This document shows, piece by piece, positions 1-10,621 of a stretch of DNA of 56,646 nt. A model generated the notes under the pieces. It did no database searches. It saw nothing but the letters and a program-made list of their open reading frames with translations, and was not told the DNA's origin. Position 1 is the first letter of the stretch. Each line of letters starts with the position of its first letter. This DNA comes from an uncultured bacterium (lineage in GTDB: Bacteria; Omnitrophota; Omnitrophia; Omnitrophales; Aquincolibacteriaceae): NCBI GenBank assembly GCA_964581425.1, contig CAZOOM010000003.1, positions 1-56,646 of the forward strand. The letters run 5' to 3'. Both the position numbers and the translations under genes were made by a program.

Positions 1-692
1 GGTATGGTGTGAAGCATGTTGAAAAGGCGCTGCTTGCCAAAGCCGTTTACGGACTGCCGGAAATGAACCGAAATGCAATTCGAAAATCAGATTTAATTGC
101 CAATCCGGGATGTTATCCAACCGCTTCTATTCTCGGTCTTTATCCTCTTTTCAAAGAAAAACTTTTGGACCTTGATTCAATCTTTATTGATGCCAAATCT
201 GGAGTTAGCGGTGCAGGAAAAAAGCTAAGCACAGCCACTCATTTTTGTGAAGTGGATGAAAATTTCGGTGCCTATAAAGTGAATCGGCATCAGCACACTC
301 CGGAAATCAATCAGGCTTTAACTCAAGCTGCGGGAAAATCAGTTGCGGTTACTTTTATTCCACATCTTCTACCGCTTTATCGAGGTATTTTGGCGACGAT
401 TTATGCCAAGAAGAAAAAAGGCGTTACAGAAGTTAAGATCAGAAATGCTTATCAAAAACATTTTTCAAAAGAGCCTTTTGTGCGCGTAAGAAAGGCCGGA
501 TCTTTCCCTTCACTCAAAGATGTGCAGGGAACAAATTATTGTGATATCGGAGTGGAAGTTGATTCTGAAAGCGACCGAGTGATCGTGATTTCAGCCATTG
601 ATAATTTAATCAAAGGCGCGTCCGGTCAGGCGGTTCAAAACATGAACATCCGGATGGGTTGTCCGGAAACTGCGGGACTAGAAACATGGTAA
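1..692 (+). CDS. argC: N-acetyl-gamma-glutamyl-phosphate reductase, C-terminal part (5' end lies outside the window)
   Basis: The frame is open to the window edge. It carries the PGCYPT active-site Cys motif, SGVSGAG and an NLIKGASGQAVQNMN tail. It is the first gene of the contiguous arg cluster. Confidence 0.9.
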   Translation, partial: YGVKHVEKALLAKAVYGLPEMNRNAIRKSDLIANPGCYPTASILGLYPLFKEKLLDLDSIFIDAKSGVSGAGKKLSTATHFCEVDENFGAYKVNRHQHTPEINQALTQAAGKSVAVTFIPHLLPLYRGILATIYAKKKKGVTEVKIRNAYQKHFSKEPFVRVRKAGSFPSLKDVQGTNYCDIGVEVDSESDRVIVISAIDNLIKGASGQAVQNMNIRMGCPETAGLETW

Positions 693-1909
693 AACTTAGC
701 TGGGAAAAAAAGAAATCCGGAACGGTCACAAGTCCAAAAGGTTTTTTTGCTTCAGGGATTTATTGCGGAATCAAAAGAAAACCAAAGCCTGATGCCACTT
801 TAATTTATTCAAAAACTCCGTGCGTTGCGGGCGCGACATTTACCACGAACAAGGTTAAGGCTTGGCCGGTTTTGTTTTCCATGAAAAGTCTCATGAGTCC
901 GCGTCACTATGCGATTTTGGCTTCTAGTGGAAATGCGAATTGTGTCAATGGACCGCAGGGTAAAACCGCAGTTGAAGAAAGTGTGCTCGAGCTTTCAAAA
1001 AACCTTGGGATTGGTTCTCAGGAAATCTTGATTGCTCAAACCGGAATCATTGGAGTTCCTTTTCCCATCACTCGATTCAAGAGGGGAATTCCTGACCTTG
1101 TAAAAAGTCTTTCTGAAGAGGCCGAGGGTGGACATGATGCGGCCCGAGGAATTATGACCACGGATCTTGCTCCAAAAGAAGTGGCGCTTTCTTTTAACTT
1201 GGGTGGTCAAAAAGTCACGATTGGCGCCATTGCTAAAGGTTCAGGCATGGTGCATCCCAATATGGCGACCATGCTGTGTTTTATTACGACAGATGCCGCC
1301 ATTACCAAGCCGTTGCTTGGACGAGCGATTCGACATGCGGTGGATGATACCTTCAACATGATTGCCATCGATAATGATATGAGCACGAATGATACGGCCT
1401 TTGTCCTTGCAAATGGAGAAGCGGGAAACCCTACGATTCATAAAGTGGATCATGATTACCGGGCTTTCCGAGAAGTCCTGGAAGAAGTTTGCCGGATTAT
1501 TGCTCACAAGATGGTGGAAGATGGGGAAGGGGTCTCTCACGTTTGCAATCTTCAAATATCAGGGGCAAAAAATCCAACCGAAGCTGAAAAACTAGCCCGT
1601 CAGATTTCAAATTCCATGCTTTTTAAGACCATGCTGGCTGGTGCGAATGCCAATTGGGGAAGAATCGTCGCTGCTCTCGGAGCAAGCGGGGTACATTTTA
1701 ATCTTGATCAAACGAACATTTTCTTTGATGATATCTCGGTCATCAGCAAGGGAAAGCTCAAAGCGCTTAATCTTCCCAAGGCAAGAAAAGTTTTACAGAA
1801 AAAGGAATATACGATTGCCATGAATATCGGAAACGGCCGAGGCCGGGCTAACTTTATTACCTCAGATCTCACCACTAAATATGTTGAAATCAATGGGTCG
1901 TACTCGTGA
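686..1909 (+). CDS. argJ: Bifunctional ornithine acetyltransferase / N-acetylglutamate synthase
   Basis: It has the autoprocessing motif ATMLCFITTDA and ends ...INGSYS. I chose ATG 686, which overlaps the argC stop (ATGGTAA), over the TTG at 659. Confidence 0.9.
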   Translation: MVKLSWEKKKSGTVTSPKGFFASGIYCGIKRKPKPDATLIYSKTPCVAGATFTTNKVKAWPVLFSMKSLMSPRHYAILASSGNANCVNGPQGKTAVEESVLELSKNLGIGSQEILIAQTGIIGVPFPITRFKRGIPDLVKSLSEEAEGGHDAARGIMTTDLAPKEVALSFNLGGQKVTIGAIAKGSGMVHPNMATMLCFITTDAAITKPLLGRAIRHAVDDTFNMIAIDNDMSTNDTAFVLANGEAGNPTIHKVDHDYRAFREVLEEVCRIIAHKMVEDGEGVSHVCNLQISGAKNPTEAEKLARQISNSMLFKTMLAGANANWGRIVAALGASGVHFNLDQTNIFFDDISVISKGKLKALNLPKARKVLQKKEYTIAMNIGNGRGRANFITSDLTTKYVEINGSYS

Positions 1910-2769
1910 ACGCCATGCAAGAGCTCGTAGACAAAGCCAGTATTTTGATTGAGGCCCTTCCTTACATCAAAAAATTCCGGGGCAAGGAAGTTTTGATTAA
2001 GTATGGCGGCGCAGCTATGACTTATGAAGACATCCGGGAAAATGTGCTTCATGATTTAGTGTTTATGAATTATGTCGGAATTAAACCGATTTTGATCCAC
2101 GGCGGCGGAATCGCAATCACAGAAAATCTCAAGAAGAAAGGTATCCAAAGTAGATTTGTGAATGGACTACGAGTGACGGATAAAGAAACCGTGGATGTAG
2201 TCATCGAAACTCTGGGTGAAATCAATAAAGGTATTGTTCACGACATCAACCGGTTTGGCGCACGAGCCATTGGGCTGTCAGGCCATGATGCTGAAATTTT
2301 AAATGTGGTTAAACATACTTCGGAAGGCGATGTGGGATATGTCGGTGATGTTTCTTCAGTGAATATTATGCCGCTTAAAGAACTCACGGAGTTTAATATT
2401 ATTCCTGTGATTTACCCGATTGGAATTGATGAAAACGGAGAAGCTTATAACGTAAATGCAGATGAGGCTGCAGCCAAAGTAGCGGCGGCCATGGGTGTCC
2501 AAAAGTTGATTATCCTCACAAACGTCAAAGGCATTCTTCGGGATCCTGCGGATGAAAGTACTCTGATTTCTTCTCTCCATGTTGATGAAACCGAAGCTCT
2601 GATTGAAAAGAAAGTCATTTCTGGCGGCATGATTCCTAAAGTCCGTTCAGCAATTACTGCGCTCCGGGGTGGGATTAAAAAAGCCCATATCATTGACGGA
2701 CGTATCAAGCACTCCCTGCTTCTTGAAATTTTTACGGATCAGGGTATTGGGACAGAAATCGTCCTTTAA
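1906..2769 (+). CDS. argB: Acetylglutamate kinase
   Basis: LIEALPYIKKFRGKEVLIKYGGAAM is a typical amino-acid kinase N-terminus. The GTG start overlaps the argJ TGA (GTGA). ATG 1915 is an alternative start. Confidence 0.9.
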   Translation: MNAMQELVDKASILIEALPYIKKFRGKEVLIKYGGAAMTYEDIRENVLHDLVFMNYVGIKPILIHGGGIAITENLKKKGIQSRFVNGLRVTDKETVDVVIETLGEINKGIVHDINRFGARAIGLSGHDAEILNVVKHTSEGDVGYVGDVSSVNIMPLKELTEFNIIPVIYPIGIDENGEAYNVNADEAAAKVAAAMGVQKLIILTNVKGILRDPADESTLISSLHVDETEALIEKKVISGGMIPKVRSAITALRGGIKKAHIIDGRIKHSLLLEIFTDQGIGTEIVL

Positions 2770-2785
2770 ACTGGTTTCCCTCAAA

Positions 2786-3985
2786 ATGAAAACTCAGGAC
2801 GTTCAAAAACTTTACGACGATTACATTCTCCCTACATACGCAAGGCTGCCGCTTTGTTTGGTCAAAGGGAAGGGGGCCAAGGTCTGGGATCTTGAAGGTA
2901 AGGTCTACCTTGATTTTTTTCCGGGCTGGGCAGTTTCGGGAATCGGGCACAGCCATCCGGCCGTTGTGAATGCGATCAAGCATCAAGCCAAATCCATTCT
3001 TCACGTCTCAAATAACTTCCTCAATATTAAACAGGCGAGGCTTGCCGAGGAAATTGTACGATGCGGATTTCCTGGCCGAGTTTTTTTCTGCAACAGCGGA
3101 ACTGAAGCTACGGAAGGCGCGGTGAAGTTTGCCAGAAAATTTGGAAGTGATACAGGACGATTTGAAATCATCACGCTGACCTATTCTTTTCATGGACGGT
3201 CGTCAGCTGGAATTGCGGCCACGGCTCAGGATAAGGTCAGAAAGGGCTTTGATCCCATCCTTCCCGGATTTAAATATGCGGAGTTTAATGATCTTGATTC
3301 TGTAAAAAAGCAAATCACAGACAAGACAGTGGCTGTTTTTCTCGAGCCTGTTCAGGGAGAAGGGGGAGTGAATGTTGCAACTCCAGAATTCATGAAAGGA
3401 CTTCGTAAGATTTGTGATGAGAAAAATCTCCTGCTTATGCTCGACGAAGTCCAGTGTGGCATGGGACGGACCGGAAAAATGTTTGCTTACCAAAATTATG
3501 AGATTGAACCGGATGTGATGACACTGGCCAAAACTTTTGGTGGTGGCGTGCCGATTGGGGCTTTTGTAGTCCATAAAAAAATCCAAAAAGAGCTTTTTAC
3601 ACCAGGAACTCACGGCTCCACTTATGGTGGAAACCCATTGGTGTGCGCCGCGGCGCTTGCGGTGTTTAAAACGATCCAGCAAGAGAAGCTTTTGACTCAT
3701 GCTACGCAGTTGGGTAAGTATTTAGGAGAGAGGCTAGAGGCCATGAAAGCTCGATTTTCTGTGATTGAAAAAGTCAAAGGGATTGCTATGATGAGAGGCC
3801 TTTCCCTTAAGGAACCGGGGCAGGCGATTGTGGACCGGGCCCGGGAAAAGGGGCTTTTGATCAATTGTACGCAGGACAAGGTACTTCGAATCCTTCCTCC
3901 GATCAATATTTCAAAGAGCCTTCTGGATCAAGGACTTAAAATTCTCGAAAGTGTTTTTGAAGAATTGCAGGCAGCTAAAAAATGA
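2786..3985 (+). CDS. argD: Acetylornithine aminotransferase (class III PLP)
   Basis: Motifs seen are YILPTYARLP, FCNSGTEA, DEVQCGMGRTGK and TFGGG. The start is trimmed to ATG 2786 because the 2669 start would overlap argB by 100 nt. Confidence 0.9.
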   Translation: MKTQDVQKLYDDYILPTYARLPLCLVKGKGAKVWDLEGKVYLDFFPGWAVSGIGHSHPAVVNAIKHQAKSILHVSNNFLNIKQARLAEEIVRCGFPGRVFFCNSGTEATEGAVKFARKFGSDTGRFEIITLTYSFHGRSSAGIAATAQDKVRKGFDPILPGFKYAEFNDLDSVKKQITDKTVAVFLEPVQGEGGVNVATPEFMKGLRKICDEKNLLLMLDEVQCGMGRTGKMFAYQNYEIEPDVMTLAKTFGGGVPIGAFVVHKKIQKELFTPGTHGSTYGGNPLVCAAALAVFKTIQQEKLLTHATQLGKYLGERLEAMKARFSVIEKVKGIAMMRGLSLKEPGQAIVDRAREKGLLINCTQDKVLRILPPINISKSLLDQGLKILESVFEELQAAKK

Positions 3986-4911
3986 AAAAAAATCATCTTA
4001 TTTCCATTTCCGATTTATCCGCGCAGGAAGCACGAAAAATCCTGGAGCTTGCGCATAAAATTAAAGCCAATCCCCAGCATTATCGAAGCATGCTCCAAGG
4101 TAAAATGTTCGGACTAGTTTTTGAAAAGCCTTCCATGCGAACCTGGGTTTCCTTTGAGGCAGGGATTTTTAGTCTTGGTGGAGCTGCGATTTTTATGGGC
4201 CCCGACGATGTGAAGCTTGGAGTCAGAGAGGAAGTTAAAGACGCAGCTCGGGTTTTGGATCGTTATCTTTCAGGACTGATTCTGCGAACTTATTCGCATG
4301 ACACGATTGAAGAAATCCGGGAGTATTTTCGAGGGGTGATCATTAATGCACTTAGCGACTTTGAGCATCCTTGCCAAGCGCTTGCGGATGTGATGACGCT
4401 TCAGGAAAAGTTCCCCAAAAACCCACAACCAGTTTTAGCTTATCTTGGAGACGGGAATAATGTTCTTCACTCACTGCTTCTTGTGTGCGGGCTGTTAGGA
4501 ATTCATATACGGTACGCGACTCCTAAAAATTTGAAGCCAAGCCCAAGCGTTCTGAAGAAAGCCAAGGACTTAGCTAAGCGAAGCGGCGGCACGATTTTTG
4601 GAACGCACGATCCGGTAGAAGCTGTGACGGATGCGGATGTGATTTATACCGATGTTTGGGTTTCGATGGGAGAGGAAGCGATTCGAGACAAAAAACTCAA
4701 AGAGTTTAAAGGCATGCAGCTCAACGGAAAATTGATCCGGCATGCCAAGAAAAAAGCCAAGATCATGCACTGCCTTCCTGCGCATCGGGGAGAAGAAATT
4801 ACAGAAGGTGTGATCGAGAGCAATCGTTCCATTATTTTTGATCAGGCGGAAAATCGTTTGCATATTCAGAAAGCAATTCTGCTCCATCTGATGAATTTAA
4901 ATTCCAATTAA
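3982..4911 (+). CDS. argF: Ornithine carbamoyltransferase
   Basis: Motifs HPCQALAD, DVWVSMG and HCLPAHRGEE are present. The start overlaps the argD stop as ATGA. The carbamoyl-phosphate loop reads SMRTW rather than STRTR. Confidence 0.88.
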   Translation: MKKNHLISISDLSAQEARKILELAHKIKANPQHYRSMLQGKMFGLVFEKPSMRTWVSFEAGIFSLGGAAIFMGPDDVKLGVREEVKDAARVLDRYLSGLILRTYSHDTIEEIREYFRGVIINALSDFEHPCQALADVMTLQEKFPKNPQPVLAYLGDGNNVLHSLLLVCGLLGIHIRYATPKNLKPSPSVLKKAKDLAKRSGGTIFGTHDPVEAVTDADVIYTDVWVSMGEEAIRDKKLKEFKGMQLNGKLIRHAKKKAKIMHCLPAHRGEEITEGVIESNRSIIFDQAENRLHIQKAILLHLMNLNSN

Positions 4912-4934
4912 AAAAATATTCTGAGGTTGATTTC

Positions 4935-6113
4935 ATGAAAAAAGTTGTACTCGCTTATTCTGGAGGTCTTGATACTTCCTGCGCGGTCAAATGGCTTAAA
5001 GACACTTATAACGTGGAAGTGGTTTGTTTTTCGGCTTTTATTGGAGAGGTAAGTGATCAGAAGGCCCTCAAAGCCAAGGCGTTGAAATCCGGTGCATCAA
5101 AAATTTATATTGAAGATTTAAAAGAAGAATTTGCTCAGGATTTTTTGATCCCAGCCCTGTGGGCCAATGCCCGTTATGAGGGGAAATATCCGCTCGCAAC
5201 GGCTCTCGGCAGGCCGCTCATTGCAAAGCACTTGGTGAAAATTGCCCAGCTTGAAAAAGCGGATTATGTGGCGCATGGCTGTACTGGAAAAGGAAATGAC
5301 CAGGTCCGAATTGAAGTGGGAGTCCGGACGCTGGATCCAAATCTGAAAGTGATAGCACCTCTTCGCGAGTGGGAATTTAAAACCCGGGAAGAAGAAATTG
5401 AGTATGCTAAAGAACACCAAATCCCTGTGTCGGCGACGAAGGCAAGTCCTTACTCGATTGATAAAAATATTTGGGGAATTGCGATTGAAGCTGGAATTTT
5501 AGAAAATCCTTGGAACGAGCCGCCTGAAGATGCCTACGTCATGACGCGTTCGGTGGATACGGCACCTTCCAAAGCCCGATCTTTAGAGATCGAATTTGAG
5601 GCTGGAATTCCGGTTAAGGTTGACGGAAAAAAGTATTCGCTCGTGGCTTTGATTGATCATTTAAATCAAGTGGGCGGAGAGCACGGAGTGGGACGGTTTG
5701 ATATGATCGAAAATCGTCTTGTGGGAATCAAGAGCAGGGAAATTTATGAAGCCCCCGCCGCTCATCTTCTTCTCATGGCTCATGAAGAGCTTGAGGGAAT
5801 GGTGATGGACCGGGAATACTCGCATTACAAGCGGGTGCTTTCTGAGAAGTATGCTGAGATGGTTTATTTCGGGCTTTGGTTTTCGCCGCTCAAAAAAGCA
5901 CTGGATGCCTTTTTTGCTTCGCATCAAGAACGCGTGACTGGAACCATTCGCCTGAAACTCCACAAAGGTCAGGCGGTATGCACAGGACGAAAATCAAAAT
6001 ACTCTCTTTATCAGGAAAAACTCGCGACTTATTCCAAGGGCGATGCCTTTGATCACAAAATGTCGCAAGGCTTTGTGAAAATTTGGGGCCTTCCTTACGA
6101 AGGGTTAAAATAA
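4935..6113 (+). CDS. argG: Argininosuccinate synthase
   Basis: AYSGGLDTS is the ATP-pyrophosphatase motif. The protein resembles ArgG along its full length. Confidence 0.92.
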   Translation: MKKVVLAYSGGLDTSCAVKWLKDTYNVEVVCFSAFIGEVSDQKALKAKALKSGASKIYIEDLKEEFAQDFLIPALWANARYEGKYPLATALGRPLIAKHLVKIAQLEKADYVAHGCTGKGNDQVRIEVGVRTLDPNLKVIAPLREWEFKTREEEIEYAKEHQIPVSATKASPYSIDKNIWGIAIEAGILENPWNEPPEDAYVMTRSVDTAPSKARSLEIEFEAGIPVKVDGKKYSLVALIDHLNQVGGEHGVGRFDMIENRLVGIKSREIYEAPAAHLLLMAHEELEGMVMDREYSHYKRVLSEKYAEMVYFGLWFSPLKKALDAFFASHQERVTGTIRLKLHKGQAVCTGRKSKYSLYQEKLATYSKGDAFDHKMSQGFVKIWGLPYEGLK

Positions 6114-6125
6114 CAACAAGGATTT

Positions 6126-7514
6126 ATGGCAAAAAAACTTTGGGGCGGACGGTTTAAAAAAGAAATGCATCCACTCCTCAAGGAGTTTAGTTATTCCTTG
6201 AGAACGGACAGCCGACTTTTCTTTTCTGAGCTAAAAGTTAATGAGGCCTACAGCCGGATGCTAGCCAAAGTGGGATTAATCACCCGAGTGGAATGTGCAA
6301 AAATCCAAAAAGGACTTCAGAAAATCCAAAAAGATTGGCACTCAGGAAATTCCTGCCTTTGCCACGGTGATTACGAAGACATTCATACTTATATTCAGCA
6401 AGAGCTCGAGCGTGTCGCTGGCCCTGTAGCTAAAAAAATCCATACAGGCCGAAGCCGCAATGATCTGGTGATCACCTCAACGCTGGTTTATCTCAAAGAA
6501 AAGGCAAAGCAAATTGAATCTGGAATTGCGAAAACTCAGACAGCACTAGTGAGTTTAGCAGAAGACGCAGATGATTTTGTGATTCCCGGTCTCACGCATC
6601 TTAGAAAAGCTCAGCCTGTCTTAGCGGCCCATCATCTTTTGGCTTATGTCGAAATGCTCGAGCAGGACAAGGACCGGTTAAAAGATGCACAAAAGCGACT
6701 GGATGTTTTACCTCTTGGGTCCGCAGCTCTTGCGGGCTCTGCACTGCCTCTGGACCGGGCTTTTTTGGCCAAGCAGCTTGGATTTTCAAAGATCACACGA
6801 AATTCTTTGGCCGCCACGGCGGACCGGGCTTCGCTTACTGAGGTCCTGAGCGCGCTCAGTATTCTTTGGATGCATCTTTCGCGGTTTTCTGAAGACATGA
6901 TTCTTTGGCAAAATGAGGCCTTTGGTTACATTGAACTTGATGATGCTTTTGCGACGGGCTCTAGTTTAATGCCTCAAAAAAAGAATCCGGATATTTTTGA
7001 GCTGATTCGAGGGCGAGCGGCTGTCATTTTTTCGCATCTCAGTGCTTTGCTTACTTTACAGAAGGGTCTGCCGCTTGCTTATAACCGGGACCTTCAGGAG
7101 GATAAGCCCGGACTTTTTGATGCGATTCGAAAAACAGAAATTGCGCTTGAGCTACTTGCCCTTTCAGTGCCATTGATTCGGTTTCAGGAATCCGCGCTTT
7201 CAAAAGCGCTTGAGGATGACGGCCTTTTTGCAACAGATATTCTTGAATACTTAATTCGAAAAAAAATTCCATTTGCCGAAGCGCATGAAAGCGTCGGAAA
7301 AGTTGTGAGACATGCGGTTGATGTCAAAATCTCTCTTCAAAAATTGCCTCTCGCAGAGTGGAGGAAATTTTCAAAAGCCTTTGATCAGGATGTCTTTGAT
7401 CTTTTAAACCCCCAAGTCTCAGTCAAATCAAAGAAAACGCTCGGTAGTACCAATCCTGGTTTGGTTCATGTTCAGCTGCTTGCCTGGAAAGCCGCTCTCA
7501 AGAACCAAGCCTAA
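6126..7514 (+). CDS. argH: Argininosuccinate lyase
   Basis: It starts KLWGGRF and carries TGRSRNDLV and the GSSLMPQKKNPD fumarate-lyase signature. Confidence 0.92.
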   Translation: MAKKLWGGRFKKEMHPLLKEFSYSLRTDSRLFFSELKVNEAYSRMLAKVGLITRVECAKIQKGLQKIQKDWHSGNSCLCHGDYEDIHTYIQQELERVAGPVAKKIHTGRSRNDLVITSTLVYLKEKAKQIESGIAKTQTALVSLAEDADDFVIPGLTHLRKAQPVLAAHHLLAYVEMLEQDKDRLKDAQKRLDVLPLGSAALAGSALPLDRAFLAKQLGFSKITRNSLAATADRASLTEVLSALSILWMHLSRFSEDMILWQNEAFGYIELDDAFATGSSLMPQKKNPDIFELIRGRAAVIFSHLSALLTLQKGLPLAYNRDLQEDKPGLFDAIRKTEIALELLALSVPLIRFQESALSKALEDDGLFATDILEYLIRKKIPFAEAHESVGKVVRHAVDVKISLQKLPLAEWRKFSKAFDQDVFDLLNPQVSVKSKKTLGSTNPGLVHVQLLAWKAALKNQA

Positions 7515-7531
7515 TCAACCCTCAGGTTTTT

Positions 7532-8788
7532 ATGCACGATTTTAATTATCGCAAAGATGAACTTTATTGTGAAAAAGTCCGCGTTCGAGACATTCTAAAA
7601 AAAGTTGGAACGCCAGCCTACATTTATAGCCACGCGACCATTGTCGGGCATCTCAGAAAAATTCAAAAGGCCTTTGCTTCGGTGAAGCCACTTATTTGTT
7701 ATTCGATGAAAGCCAACTCCAATCTTGCGATTTTAAAAACCGTGATCAGCACCGGTGCGGGACTCGATATTGTTTCTGCAGGGGAACTCTACCGGGCAAA
7801 GAAAGCTGGTTGTGATCCAAAAAAAATGGTGTTTGCAGGAGTCGGAAAAACAGAAGAGGAAATTTCTCAGGCCATTCGATTTGGGATCTTGCTTTTTAAT
7901 GTGGAGTCAGCGCCGGAGCTTGAGCGGATTGACACTGTGGCCCGAAGTTTGAACCGGAAAGTTAAAGTTTCACTCCGCGTGAACCCCGGTGTGGATCCTC
8001 ACACCCATCATCATATTGCTACGGGAAAAGCCGAAAGTAAATTTGGAATGGATCCTGCCACGGCCAAGAAGCTTTTTTTAAATCGAAAAAATTATTTCGG
8101 TGTAAATTTGTGCGCAGTTCATGTCCATATTGGATCGCAGATCGTGATTGGGGATCCTTTTGTGGAAGCCTTTGAAAAAGTCCTTGGGTTTGTGGATGAT
8201 CTTGAAGCTTCGGGTGTTTGTATTGAATTTCTTAATCTCGGAGGCGGGTTGGGGGTCATTTACAATGAAGAAAACCCTCAAACGGCTGAGCAATTTGCCA
8301 AGCGCATCCTTCCGCTTTTTAAAGGAAGAAAATTCCGGCTTATTTTCGAGCCCGGTCGTTTTGTGGTCGCGAATGCAGGGATTCTTGCGTCAGAAGTGAT
8401 TTACATTAAAGAAACCAATGTGAAGAAGTTTGCCATTATCAATGCCGCTATGAATGATCTGATACGGCCCAGTCTTTACGGAGCCTATCACGGCGTTTGG
8501 CCGCTCACGCGTCATGAAGATCGTCCTAAGGTAAAATATGATGTGGTAGGGCCGATTTGCGAAAGCGGAGATGTTCTGGCTAAGGATCGTGAGATAGAAC
8601 GGCTTTCTTCCGGAGATTTAATTGCGTTGATGTCAGCCGGGGCTTACGGCTTTGTGATGTCTTCAAATTACAATTCCAGGCCCAAGGTCTGTGAAGTGAT
8701 GGTGAAGGGAAGCCAATTTTCTGTGATTCGCAAACGCGAAAATTTTGCGACTTTGACGGCCGGAGAAAAAATCCCGGCCTTTGTTTGA
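7532..8788 (+). CDS. lysA: Diaminopimelate decarboxylase
   Basis: YSMKAN carries the PLP lysine. GGGLG and the CESGD motif are present. The gene directly follows argH. Confidence 0.9.
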   Translation: MHDFNYRKDELYCEKVRVRDILKKVGTPAYIYSHATIVGHLRKIQKAFASVKPLICYSMKANSNLAILKTVISTGAGLDIVSAGELYRAKKAGCDPKKMVFAGVGKTEEEISQAIRFGILLFNVESAPELERIDTVARSLNRKVKVSLRVNPGVDPHTHHHIATGKAESKFGMDPATAKKLFLNRKNYFGVNLCAVHVHIGSQIVIGDPFVEAFEKVLGFVDDLEASGVCIEFLNLGGGLGVIYNEENPQTAEQFAKRILPLFKGRKFRLIFEPGRFVVANAGILASEVIYIKETNVKKFAIINAAMNDLIRPSLYGAYHGVWPLTRHEDRPKVKYDVVGPICESGDVLAKDREIERLSSGDLIALMSAGAYGFVMSSNYNSRPKVCEVMVKGSQFSVIRKRENFATLTAGEKIPAFV

Positions 8789-8815
8789 AGTATTCTCGAG
8801 CTGCTTTTTTGGAGA

Positions 8816-9820
8816 TTATTTCTTTCCTTCGAGATTTGATTCAACAGCGTTGATCATACTTTCTTGAATTTCTTCTTCCTGTTTATCTTTCAGGATCATT
8901 CCGCTCACTCTCACGAGATCTGAATCAGACGCGCTTTTCTTTAAGTCATTTTCAGCTGATCCGGATCCTTGCTGCGGAAACATCAGAGGGGTTCCTTCCT
9001 GTGTCAAGGCTGAACGAATAGCTTCCATTTTCTGAAGATCATTTTTAGTCAGTTGCCATTCCTCTTTAAGTGCATGCAGAGTTGCTTCTCCTCCGGAGTG
9101 TTTTTCAATCTCAGCTTGGAGGGCGTCTTGCATCTCTTGGATTAACAGCACTTCAGAAGGATCCATGATGCGCGGTGCATTGATCGAAATGCCTTTTTCA
9201 GGATTTGAAAAATCCACCTCAATGGTCTCTAATTTTCGCACTGAAACGCCGCGGGTTTTCTGAGGAGTCAGGTGATCTTCTTTTAAGGGATAGACTCGAA
9301 CTTCACCTTCCGCTACAGAAAAACTCTCTGTGGATTTAACCGGGTTATAACTGGAAACAAAGACGGTTCCGCGTACAGAAGCAACGACGGTGGGAGAAGT
9401 CACTTCATAAGGTGAACCTGCTGGAAGTCCGTTCAGCATATTGAAAATCGTTCCATCCACGAGATTGACTTGCGTGGGTTCAATGGATTTAAATTCGGCG
9501 ATCGTATTTGCGCTGATGCGGCAGTGATTTTGCATAAAAAGATCATATTGAATATTGACCGCAGAATTTTCTGAAGTCTTGATTTGATCGCCTTGATCAA
9601 CTCGTGCGCCCGCCTTGAGCTCTTGCCATGAGGGGAATGACTTTTTTAAAATTTGAGCCGTGCCCTCAATGGATAAAACCGTGGCTTGATGATCAATAAG
9701 AGACTGGTCTTTGTCCGTGAGCGGCACAGCGGATTCACTGGCAAACATGGGTTGAATCATGATGGCGCTAAAGATCAAAATAAAAACAACGAATCCTTTG
9801 AAAATCATGGTTTTCCTCAT
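8816..9820 (-). CDS. Secreted FecR-domain protein
   Basis: It has an N-terminal signal peptide (FVVFILIFSAIMIQPMFA). A FecR-like beta core is suggested by VDQGDQIKTSENS and ASVRGTVF. The C-terminus is acidic and helical. Confidence 0.6.
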   Translation of the reverse strand: MRKTMIFKGFVVFILIFSAIMIQPMFASESAVPLTDKDQSLIDHQATVLSIEGTAQILKKSFPSWQELKAGARVDQGDQIKTSENSAVNIQYDLFMQNHCRISANTIAEFKSIEPTQVNLVDGTIFNMLNGLPAGSPYEVTSPTVVASVRGTVFVSSYNPVKSTESFSVAEGEVRVYPLKEDHLTPQKTRGVSVRKLETIEVDFSNPEKGISINAPRIMDPSEVLLIQEMQDALQAEIEKHSGGEATLHALKEEWQLTKNDLQKMEAIRSALTQEGTPLMFPQQGSGSAENDLKKSASDSDLVRVSGMILKDKQEEEIQESMINAVESNLEGKK

Positions 9821-9982
9821 GAAATCCTCCTCCGGACCGACGTTAGGCGTGCTTGTTTTTACTAATTTAAAGAGTAGCTCAGAATCAAGTCTATTGCAAA
9901 CGGACAGAAGGGAAAGCCCGTTCAGAGACAGTTGAATGGGAGTGCAACATCAAAAAGCAAAAGGAACTCGTTTTAGAAAGAA

Positions 9983-10621
9983 CTATTTTGCAATTTGGAT
10001 TAGATGACTCGCTTCGAAACGGGTGATATCGCTCTCGTGCTGAAGCGTAAGACCGATATCATCCAATCCTTCTAGAATCCGTTTTTTGATTCCCGGATCG
10101 ATTTCAAAGGAGTACGAAATTTCAGGATGGCTATGGACAGTAACTTTTTGTTGAGGGAGATCCACCGTTGCTTCAAGATTTTTTGTTTTTTGAATTAGAG
10201 CAAAGATTTGATCCACTTCTTTTTCTGAAAGCTCGATGGTGAGAAGTGCATTTTTAAGGCTGTTATTTCTAAAGATGTCCGCAAAAGCCGGGATCATGGA
10301 ATCGCCGCTTTTTTTCGAAGGGGCGATGACGGCTTGAAATCCAAATTGATGAATGGCCCAAACTGCGTGTTCTCGGCTGGATCCGCAGCCAAAATTATTT
10401 CGCGTAACTAAAATCGAAGACCTGTTAAAAGGACTTTGATTCAAAATAAAGTTTGGATTTGGTTTGCCATCTGGAAGATAGCGCCAATCAAAAAACAGAG
10501 CTTCACCAAACCCCGTGCGTTTGATTGATTTCAAAAACTGTTTGGGGATGATTTGGTCTGTATCCACATTGGCAATATCAAGGGGTGCTACGAGTCCGCG
10601 GTGAGTTTTAAAAGGCTTCAT
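9983..10621 (-). CDS. leuD: 3-isopropylmalate dehydratase small subunit
   Basis: Motifs DTDQIIPKQFL and NFGCGSSREHA are present. The gene lies downstream of leuC on the same strand. Confidence 0.9.
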   Translation of the reverse strand: MKPFKTHRGLVAPLDIANVDTDQIIPKQFLKSIKRTGFGEALFFDWRYLPDGKPNPNFILNQSPFNRSSILVTRNNFGCGSSREHAVWAIHQFGFQAVIAPSKKSGDSMIPAFADIFRNNSLKNALLTIELSEKEVDQIFALIQKTKNLEATVDLPQQKVTVHSHPEISYSFEIDPGIKKRILEGLDDIGLTLQHESDITRFEASHLIQIAK

